Below the pieces are notes generated by a model. That model did not search any database. It worked only from the letters and a program-made list of their open reading frames with translations, and had not been told where the DNA came from. The position numbers and the translations under genes were made by a program. DNA of 64,000 nucleotides, taken from contig CAVXLD010000014.1 in the NCBI GenBank assembly GCA_963762565.1, forward strand, positions 1-64,000, given 5' to 3'. Positions 38,427 to 46,618 of the stretch are shown here, in pieces (within the stretch, counting starts at the first letter, position 1; each line of letters begins with the position of its first letter). The DNA comes from an uncultured Verrucomicrobiae bacterium. Lineage in GTDB: Bacteria; Verrucomicrobiota; Verrucomicrobiia; Chthoniobacterales; JAFAMB01.

Positions 38427-39265
38427 AAGTCCGAAGAAATATCTCACGCAAAGCCGCAAAGGCGCAAAGAAAGGAAGGAGAAGTGAGGCGTAGCCGCGCG
38501 ATTGGCGTGTGGATGGTGCGACCGCAAAGCGTGGCTACCGGCCGTTATGTGGCCGTTGGACTCGGGGGTAAGTTTTATGCTTCCTATGAGATTTCAGGTC
38601 TCACGAATCGACAGGCCTTTTCTGACCGATTTCGTAAACACCAGCAATGGGTTCTAGTCATGACCACCGGGATAGCGGTGCGTTATCTCCAAGGCTTGCT
38701 CACAGATAAGGAAACGGATCCGGGAGTAGTGGTCCTAGACGAAGGATGTCATTTCGCGGTTTCTCTCATTGGAGGGCACGAGGGCGGAGCGAATCAACTC
38801 GCTTATCGGGTAGCGAATTTGGTGGGTGCTGTCCCGGTGATAACGACGGCTACGGAAACGTTGAAACCACTCGTGATCGGCGTTGGCTGTCGTCGTGGAG
38901 TTAGCAGCGAACAGATCGATGCCGCGATTGAACATGGGTTGACTCTTATCGGACGCTCTCGTGCCGAGGTCCGGGAAATTGCCTCCATCGACCTCAAACA
39001 GGATGAGCTGGGTCTCAACGCGTGGTGTCAGCGGAACGGGATCGTTCTGCGAGTGATTGCACGCGATCTCGTACAACAGCGGCCCTGGGTAACGCAGCCG
39101 TCCGATTGGGTCCGAAAGAGCATTGGCGTTGATGGTGTCTGTGAAGCCTGCGCCTTGCTGGCTACGTTTCGCGGTCGACTGCTGCTTCCGAAAACGATTC
39201 TAGGCGGTGTTACCGTAGCGATCGTGGAAGAGGTCGCCTTTGCCAGAGAAGTCACGATAAAATGA
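38423..39265 (+). CDS. cbiG: Cobalt-precorrin-5A hydrolase CbiG
   Basis: GIAVR, DK.TDPGVVV.DE, SLIGGHEGGAN, ITTAT, GVGCRRG, GVCEACA. Start is ATG 38423 (coupled) or GTG 38483. Confidence 0.92.
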   Translation: MKVRRNISRKAAKAQRKEGEVRRSRAIGVWMVRPQSVATGRYVAVGLGGKFYASYEISGLTNRQAFSDRFRKHQQWVLVMTTGIAVRYLQGLLTDKETDPGVVVLDEGCHFAVSLIGGHEGGANQLAYRVANLVGAVPVITTATETLKPLVIGVGCRRGVSSEQIDAAIEHGLTLIGRSRAEVREIASIDLKQDELGLNAWCQRNGIVLRVIARDLVQQRPWVTQPSDWVRKSIGVDGVCEACALLATFRGRLLLPKTILGGVTVAIVEEVAFAREVTIK

Positions 39266-39311
39266 ACGGAACGAAGCTTGCAAACACGCCAGGTGGGAAA
39301 CTGGACCAGGA

Positions 39312-39528
39312 CCTGGAGGGGAGCCGCTTTGTAACTAGGCAACTCTGTAGGTTGGCAGCAAGCGGCTCCCGGGAACGTCTCGTGATTGAGCAGTTCTATG
39401 GACCGCGCGTTGTATCTGTCATTTTCGAAACAGGGCCGTTGGGTAAGAGCATTGCGCTGGGCTGTTCGCGGGAGCCGCCTGCTGCCATACGATATAACTG
39501 CTGCACTACAAAGCGGCTCCCCTCCAGG
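39312..39528. repeat. REPIN-like element, family D (copy 1)
   Basis: 22-bp perfect inverted repeat cctggaggggagccgctttgta / tacaaagcggctcccctccagg with inner gcggctccc/gggagccgc arms; homolog at 55861-56082. Confidence 0.88.
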
Positions 39529-39622
39529 TCGTGGGCGATGGGATGCCGGGTTCCTTATGAGGACGGCCTGCCGCGCCGTAGGCTTGGCGAAGGCGGGAGA
39601 ACGAAGTCCTCAACGCGCTAAC

Positions 39623-41251
39623 ATGACGAGCAAAGGTAAACTCAATCTGGTTTCCGTCGGGCCTGGCTTTATTAACCTCGTTCCGCCTTTGGCTGAGTTT
39701 GCTCTCCGGGAAAGTGAAGTCGTGGTCGGATACAAGCTCTACTTCACCTGGATACAACCATTGCTCGAAGGCAAAGAGATCCATTCTTTTTCCCTGACCC
39801 AAGAGCGAGAGCGAGCTCAAAAGGCAATCGCTTGTGCTCGAGCCGGAAAGACGGTCAGCCTGGTCTCAAGCGGCGACATTGGTATTTACGGGATGGCTTC
39901 GCTCGTTCTAGAGGAAATGAGAGAAGAGGAAGAGTTTCAGCTTCAGATCATTCCTGGTGTTTCCGCGGCGAACAGTTCCGCCGCGCTGCTGGGTGCACCG
40001 CTGTCCCACGATTTCGCCACCTTATCGCTTTCAGATCTTTTATGCCCGTGGGAATGGATCGAGAATCGCGCCCGCCATCTGGCGAAGGCAGACCTGGTGA
40101 TAGCTCTTTACAATGTCCAGAGCCAATCCAGGCCCGACGGTATTTGCCGGATTCTGCGCATTTTAATGGAAGAGAAGAGCGCAAACACCTGGTGTGGCGT
40201 TGTACGAAACGCATTCCGTCCTGATCAAAATGTCTATCTCTGTTCGTTGGCAGAACTGCAGAAACGACAGTTCGACATGCTAACTACGATTATCGTCGGC
40301 AATCGGTTTACCCGTAGGAAAGGGCCATTCATCTATACGCCTCGAGGTTACCATGGATGGAACGCCGACAACGCCGGGAACGCCGACAACGGCGGAGCTG
40401 TAGTGCCAGCGACCGGCAACCGCCAACCGCTAACTGCTAACCGCCAACCCATCTGGGTATTCACCGGCACCAGCGACGGTAACGCATTGGCCGCCGAATT
40501 ATCGAGACGCGGGCATCATCTGATCGTTTCGACGGCCAGCGATTATGGCGGCGAACTGGCGTCAATTATCTTGCCGGGGGTTGAAGTTCGTTCCGGAAGG
40601 CAAGGAGTGGAGGAGCGACGAAGTCAACTCCAACACTCACGGGCGGCTGCCATTGTCGATGCCACTCATCCCTTTGCCACCGAGATTTCTAAGCAACTCA
40701 CTCGGTTATCGGCGGAACTGAACATCCCTTATATCCGGTACGAACGTCCGCCGGCAGTGCTACCGAGCTTCGCTCGTCAGGTCACGGATATGTCGACTGC
40801 TGCCCGGCTTGCTATCGAAATCGGTCAGCGCATTTTTTTGGCTACCGGAATCAAGGATATCGATACTTTTGTAAGAGCACCGGGCGCCGAATGTCGCGAG
40901 TGGTTTTTACGGATAACTCCAGACACCGGCTCTTTAGAGGTCGCACTTAAGCTGGGTGTTCCGCGATCGCAGATCTGTGCAATGCAGGGCCCGTTCTCTT
41001 CTGATCTCAATATCGCTCTTTGGTCTGCCTGGAAGATAGATTGTGTGGTCAGTAAGGAGTCAGGCGAAGCCGGCGGTTTCGATTCTAAGGCTGAAGCTGC
41101 GGATAAACTAAAGATCCCTCTAATCGTGGTGAGACGACCGCAACTCTCCTATCCAGTGGTGGCATCTGATTTCAATACTCTCGCCGACATGCTCGATCGG
41201 TCGTTATCCCGAAGAGGGGGTACTAATGAACTCACTGAATCTAATTTATGA
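39623..41251 (+). CDS. cbiH-cbiJ: CbiH (C17-methyltransferase) fused to CbiJ (precorrin-6A reductase) through a repeat-encoded linker
   Basis: SSGDIGIYGMA, GAPLSHDF, SLSDLL.PW, TPRGY; then GTSDG, DATHPFA, AMQGPFS, KESG.AGG. Confidence 0.93.
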   Translation: MTSKGKLNLVSVGPGFINLVPPLAEFALRESEVVVGYKLYFTWIQPLLEGKEIHSFSLTQERERAQKAIACARAGKTVSLVSSGDIGIYGMASLVLEEMREEEEFQLQIIPGVSAANSSAALLGAPLSHDFATLSLSDLLCPWEWIENRARHLAKADLVIALYNVQSQSRPDGICRILRILMEEKSANTWCGVVRNAFRPDQNVYLCSLAELQKRQFDMLTTIIVGNRFTRRKGPFIYTPRGYHGWNADNAGNADNGGAVVPATGNRQPLTANRQPIWVFTGTSDGNALAAELSRRGHHLIVSTASDYGGELASIILPGVEVRSGRQGVEERRSQLQHSRAAAIVDATHPFATEISKQLTRLSAELNIPYIRYERPPAVLPSFARQVTDMSTAARLAIEIGQRIFLATGIKDIDTFVRAPGAECREWFLRITPDTGSLEVALKLGVPRSQICAMQGPFSSDLNIALWSAWKIDCVVSKESGEAGGFDSKAEAADKLKIPLIVVRRPQLSYPVVASDFNTLADMLDRSLSRRGGTNELTESNL

Positions 41252-42399
41252 AAATACCAGTTACGATTGTTACCGGTTTTTTAGGGTCCGGCAAAACCAC
41301 CTTAATCAGCGGTTTATTGAAAAAGAATCCGAGCCGCCGTTTAGCGGTGTTAGTAAACGAGTTTGGTGAAGTGTCTGTCGATGGAGCGTTGTTGCGAACG
41401 GCCGGAGAAGGATGTGGTGTGGAGATCCACGATTTACCCAACGGCTGCATCTGCTGCACCATAAAAGATGACTTTTTGCCGGTGATGAGTCAGCTCCAAA
41501 AACGCAAACAGGAAATCGATCACGTACTGATTGAGACATCCGGTCTAGCGCTGCCTATGCCGGTGATGCGGGCAATGGCGTGGCCTGAAATTCGGAACGA
41601 CTTCCAACTCGATGCGGTCCTTGCCATAGTGGATACACCCCAACTGTTAGCGGGCAACCTGGAGAAAGGTAGGCCTATCCCAGGCGCCGATAATACCGAG
41701 ATTCCTGAACATGTTAACTCGGTGGATCTTATCCTCAATCAGCAGCTCGAGAATGCTGACGTGGTTGTTCTTAATAAGATCGATGAGCTATCAGAGGAGC
41801 GCCTACTAAAGGCTGAAGATATCGTTCGGCAAAAGGCGGCCAAGGTGAGGTTCCTTGAGCTGGCTTATCACGCCGAACTGGATACCCGGCTCTGTATGGG
41901 ACTTAGTCTGCATGATGAGCAGGAAGTGTTTCAGGATGGCGATGAGCATGATCATCACCATCATCATGGTCCGGTGCAATCGACGCCTCGGGATCTCGAT
42001 CGCCCCCTGGCAGACCAACATCAATTCGACGGCCACTCGCACACGGGGTTAGCGTCGCACGAGCATGGAGAGCACAGTCACCTGCATTTCCATGAACATG
42101 ATCCTGGATGGCAATCGTTCGTGTTAGAGAGCTCGCAGCCGCAAGATCCGGAGAAATTAAAGGCTGCCGTCAAAGAAGTGAGTATCGATCAACCGGTACT
42201 CCGAGCCAAGGGATTCGCTGCCATCGAAGGCAAACATCATCGCCTGGTTGTGCAAGCAGTTCGCAACCGTGTACAAGCGTATTTCGAAGAAGCGCATTCG
42301 CACGAGTTGCAGTCGCAGCTGGTGTTCATCGGGTATCACTGCCGGCGCGATCGGACGACTGAGTTGATGAACAAGTTAACTGGCACCGTTTGGGAGTGA
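41248..42399 (+). CDS. cobW: CobW-family COG0523 metallochaperone GTPase
   Basis: TGFLGSGKTT, NEFG, GCICC, ETSGLA.P, NKID, His-rich insert; directly upstream of cobN. Confidence 0.92.
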   Translation: MKIPVTIVTGFLGSGKTTLISGLLKKNPSRRLAVLVNEFGEVSVDGALLRTAGEGCGVEIHDLPNGCICCTIKDDFLPVMSQLQKRKQEIDHVLIETSGLALPMPVMRAMAWPEIRNDFQLDAVLAIVDTPQLLAGNLEKGRPIPGADNTEIPEHVNSVDLILNQQLENADVVVLNKIDELSEERLLKAEDIVRQKAAKVRFLELAYHAELDTRLCMGLSLHDEQEVFQDGDEHDHHHHHGPVQSTPRDLDRPLADQHQFDGHSHTGLASHEHGEHSHLHFHEHDPGWQSFVLESSQPQDPEKLKAAVKEVSIDQPVLRAKGFAAIEGKHHRLVVQAVRNRVQAYFEEAHSHELQSQLVFIGYHCRRDRTTELMNKLTGTVWE

Positions 42400-42484
42400 T
42401 TGGTGAAAGATGATTGGTGAAAGGTGATTGGTGAGAGGTGATTGGGCGTCCGTGAGAAAAAAAGCTCTGGCATGATTAACTGTT

Positions 42485-42716
42485 TGTCCCGTAGGGACTG
42501 CATGAAGGTAGCCAGGCATGAAATGCCTGGAAACGCGGCGCCGCGAAGCCCGTCCCGTAGGGTACGGCGTGATGGGTTAGCGAGGGCATCGTATCGCCTT
42601 GGACGGTGGACGCCGCCGGGAGCTACGGATCACACCGTGCCCTACGGGACGGATCATGTTTGCCACGTGTCCAGGCATTTCATGCCTGGCTACCTTCATC
42701 TAGTCCCTACGGGACA
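42485..42716. repeat. REPIN-like element, family C (copy 3)
   Basis: gtcccgtagggac..atgaaggtagccaggcatgaaatgcctgg ... ccaggcatttcatgcctggctaccttcat..gtccctacgggac; preceded by a GTGATTG array (42396-42445) and followed by the composite array 42750-42827. Confidence 0.9.
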
Positions 42717-42858
42717 TGCAGACGTGCGCACTATTGGCCAAATCGCGGTCACTCCAGCACTCCGGTACTCCAGCACTCCGCGCCGCAGGATTCGAGGACG
42801 AGGACGAGAACGAGGACGAGTACGAAGGAGCCGGTGAGGCTAACCGAACCCCCAAACC

Positions 42859-45800
42859 ATGCATTGGACAGCGACTGAACCAGGCCAACTAGATGCTGAG
42901 CGGGCGTTGACGCTCATCGAGCAAACGCCGGGAGAGATCGTATTTCTCAGCGCTGCAGATACCGAGCTCTATGCGGTCGCGTCTATTTGGAGGGAGCAAT
43001 TCGGTTCTCGTCTGCGAGTTGCTAGTGCTTTTCCGCTTCGCCAACCGGTCGCAGCCGACCATTACATTGATCAGGTCATTAGAAAGGCCAAGCTGGTCGT
43101 GGCTCGGCTTTTGGGAGGTAAAGCATACTTTGCTCATTTCTTGCAGGGGTTGTCGGACCTAAGAGAGGAAAATTCTGAGCCACAATTTCTGATTTTGTCG
43201 GGTAGCGATCTCGACGAACCGGAATTAGCCGGCATCAGTGATTTCGCTGGGCCAATTCGAGCGAAGATTTTTGGTATGTTCCGGCATGGCGGCCGGGAGA
43301 ATATTCGACGCGCAGGAACAGCAATTGACCTACTAATTCGAGATCCTTCTTCTGAGGTGCCTGAAGCGGAGCCGATGCCCGAATTCGGTCTTTATAAGGT
43401 AACGGTCGGACCACCGGTCGGCCTCACTACCGTGTCGCGCCGTACGCTTGGCGAAGGTGGAAGCGAGGCAGCGGTCCAGGGAGCCGACCGCGTCGGCCTC
43501 GCAAGCGAGGCAGCGCTCCACGGTGCCGGCCAGCTGAAAAGAGCATGGATCTGTTTCTATCGAGCATTGTTTCAGACTGGTGACCTAGCCGTGATCGATG
43601 CTTTACATGCGGCTCTCGAAAGCCAAGGGTTTCAAGTCTATTCATTCTATTCTTTCTCGCTTCGTAGTACGACAGCCCAGGCTGAACTGCAGCGACTTGC
43701 TGAACTGAATCCTCCAGACGTCATTCTTCTGACTCAGAGCTTCTCTATATCGTCAGGAGGCTCCGATCGCCTCTCGTTCTTTGAACAGCTCGGGTGTCCG
43801 GTTTTACAGGCGCCAATCTCTTTAGGTAACAGGGAAACCTGGCTGACCAACCAAGCCGGTCTTGCTCCGGCCGAAGTCGCCATGAATGCCGCTTTGCCGG
43901 AGATCGATGGGCGCGTTTTTGCAACCGTTGTCGGCTTCAAAGAACAGGACTTCTTTATCCCGGAGGTTGAATACCGAGCTAAAAGACTGGTACCAGATCT
44001 CGAGCAGATTCAGTACGTTGCCTCCTTGGCGTGTAACTGGGCTCGGCTGCGAACCGGGCCAAACCGTGACAAAAAGATTGCGATTGTTCTCTCTAACTAT
44101 CCAAACCGCGATGGGCGCATGGGGAATGGGGTCGGCTTGGATACTCCTGCTAGCACCGTGCGATTATTAGAGATGCTGGCTGTTGCTGGTTTTTTAGTCG
44201 ATCCGTGCCCGACGAGCGGTCAGGAATTAATGGACTGGCTTCAGACTGGGGTTACAAATGATCCGGAACACTCGTACGGCAAACCTTGTTATCAAAGTGT
44301 TAGTCCGGCCGGCTTGAACCAGTTCTTGGAATCGCTGCCGGTCGCGCGCCGGAACGAACTCAAAGAGCAGTGGCCGATTAACTCTAGCGATGTGATCCCT
44401 GTCCCCGGAATACGGTTAGGGAATGTCTTTGTCGGAATTCAACCGGCACGTGGTTATTCGCTGGATGCGCAAGCGATTTATCATAGCCCAACCTTGCCGC
44501 CTCCACCCGCCTATCTCGCGTTCTATCATTGGCTGGGCGCAGAGTTTCGGGCGGATGCAATTATCCATGTCGGAAAACATGGGAACCTCGAGTGGCTGCC
44601 GGGTCGAAGCATCGCTCTCGGAGGCGACGACTATCCTCGGCTTTGTCTAGGTCCCATACCGCTGATCTATCCTTTCATTGTTAACAACCCGGGAGAAGGC
44701 ATCCAAGCTAAGCGCCGTTCTTCGGCTGTCATTGTGGATCATCTGACACCTCCACTCACTAGGGCGGGACTTTATGATGATCTCGAAAGGGTTGAGCGCC
44801 TCCTGGAAGAACATGCGCACAGCATCACGCTTTATCCGAGCCGCGCCGCAGAGCTCGAAAAAGAAATCAGTCATTTGCTGAGCCAGACAACTTGGAAAGA
44901 TGAGCTGCCAGATAAATCACTTCAGTCAGTCACGAATTATCTTTGCGAGATTAAAGAAAGTCAGATTCGATCCGGCTTGCACGTTCTAGGTGTTAAACCA
45001 ACCGGCGAACAGGAAACCGACTTTTTATTGAGCCTGTTGCGATTGCCATCTGCCGGACGGCCCAGTTTACTTCAGCTTCTGGCAGGCGATCGTGCGGTAG
45101 AAATTTTGACGCCACCGGAACGTGATGACCTGGAGTCCAGGGCTCGGCGATGGATACGGGTAAACGCCGACAACGCCGACAACGCCGACAGCGCCGGGAA
45201 CGCCAAACGCCAAACGTCAAACGCCGAACGCCAAACGCCAAACGCCGAACGCCAAACGTTGCGAAGAGTTAGCGACGTTTGTTCGTGATCAACTCATTCC
45301 ACGGCTCGCGCGATGCGACGACGAAATCAAAAACGTGTTGAACGCTCTGAACGGGCAGTTCGTGCCGCCAGGACCTTCCGGGGCGCCAACTCGCGGCAGG
45401 ATCGATGTGCTTCCTACCGGTAGAAATTTTTTCGCAATCGATCCACGCGCCGTTCCGACGCAGACCTCCTGGAATTGTGGAAAAATCCTGGCGGACCGGT
45501 TACTCGAGCGGTATCGACAGGACCAGGGGGAATATCCGCGCAAGATCGCCATGGTTATCTGGGGGACATCCAATATGCGGACCGGTGGGGACGATATTGC
45601 CCAGGCGCTCTGGCTTTGGGGTTGTGAACCGGTCTGGGAAGAGTCATCCGGACGTGTGGTCGATTTCCGGATATTGCCGTTGAGTTTGTTAGGACGACCT
45701 CGGATTGATTTGTTGTTGCGGGTATCCGGGCTGTTTCGTGATGCGTTTGGCGATACTATGCGTCTGCTGGCGACTGTGCCTAAGCGACTAGCCCAACAGG

Positions 45801-46618
45801 ATGAACCTCCGGACATGAATCCCATCCGGGCTTCCTGGTTACTTGAACGAGATACCCTAACACGCCGTGGTTTAGCTGCTGACGAGGCTTCACGACGAGC
45901 AACGCTGCGCGTGTTCAGCTCAGGGTTCGGATCTTATGGAACCGGTCTATTGCCGCTCATCGATGCTGGCAACTGGCGATCAGCTAAGGATCTAACGGAG
46001 GTATTCTGTCGTTGGGGTGGTTATGCATTTGATAGTGATGGTTCAGCTAGCGAGGATATCGGTTTACTGAAGACCCGCTTAGCCGAGATCGAGGTCGTTC
46101 ACCAGAATCAAGACAATCGAGAACACGATATTTTGGATTCGGACGATTATTTCCAATTTCAGGGCGGGCTACACGCTTCGGTTAAAGAGCTTCGGGGCAA
46201 AGCTCCGGTTAGTTTCCACGGAGATTCTAGTGACCCCGACCAGCCACGGATCCGTTCCCTTGAACAAGAAATTAACCGAGTTATCCGCAGCCGGGTATTA
46301 AATCCGCGATGGCTAGAAGCGATGCGGCGCCATGGCTATAAAGGTGCTTTCGAAATGGCGGCGACGGTCGATTATCTGTTCGGCTACAGTGCGACCACCG
46401 GCTTGGTTCGGGATTCTCACTACGAAGAGATCGCTCAGCGGCTTTTGCTGGATCCAATCCAGAAAGACTTCTTCCGCAGGCACAATCCCGCTGCTCTCAA
46501 GGAATCAACCCGCCGTTTACTCGAAGCTGCCGAACGCGGTCTATGGTCCGCTCCGTCAGAGAACGCGCTAGCCGGACTCGAAGAAAACTTACTCGAATTA
46601 GAAGGCCAACTTGAATGA
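42859..46618 (+). pseudogene. cobN: Cobaltochelatase CobN, frameshifted within a heptamer array (ORFs 42859-45288 and ~45257-46618)
   Basis: 5' ORF has QTPG.IVFLSAADTE, PEIDGR, GNGVGLDTP, HVGKHGNLEWLPG. The +1 frame continues RCEELATFVRDQLIPRL...PGPSGAPTRGR..VLPTGRNF...HNP. The shift must lie between 45164 and 45288, where the repeats are. Confidence 0.9.
45163..45258 (+). repeat. Four 9-mers (AACGCCGAC type) plus eight 7-mers (AACGCCR) inside cobN
   Basis: 9-mers 45163-45198; 7-mers 45199-45254 plus a partial AACG. Confidence 0.93.

Noticed and set aside
39386..39622. Long N-terminal extensions in the ORF track for cbiH-J (also for the FixJ-type regulator, esterase, mdtO, pduX, cbiX and pit)
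   Set aside because: They run through repeats or upstream leader sequence; family homology begins at downstream start codons.
41940..42100. CAT/CAC-rich stretch in cobW as a repeat insertion
   Set aside because: His-rich inserts are normal in COG0523/CobW proteins.
42442..42878. ORFs of 131 and 90 aa between cobW and cobN (likewise 8033-8422, 30742-31071, 36644-36829, 39262-39621, 55895-56203, 5273-5500)
   Set aside because: They mostly translate REP/REPIN and tandem repeats and show no protein motifs.
45163..45260. Tandem arrays here and elsewhere as CRISPR
   Set aside because: Units are 6-9 bp and contiguous with no unique spacers, and there are no cas genes in the window.
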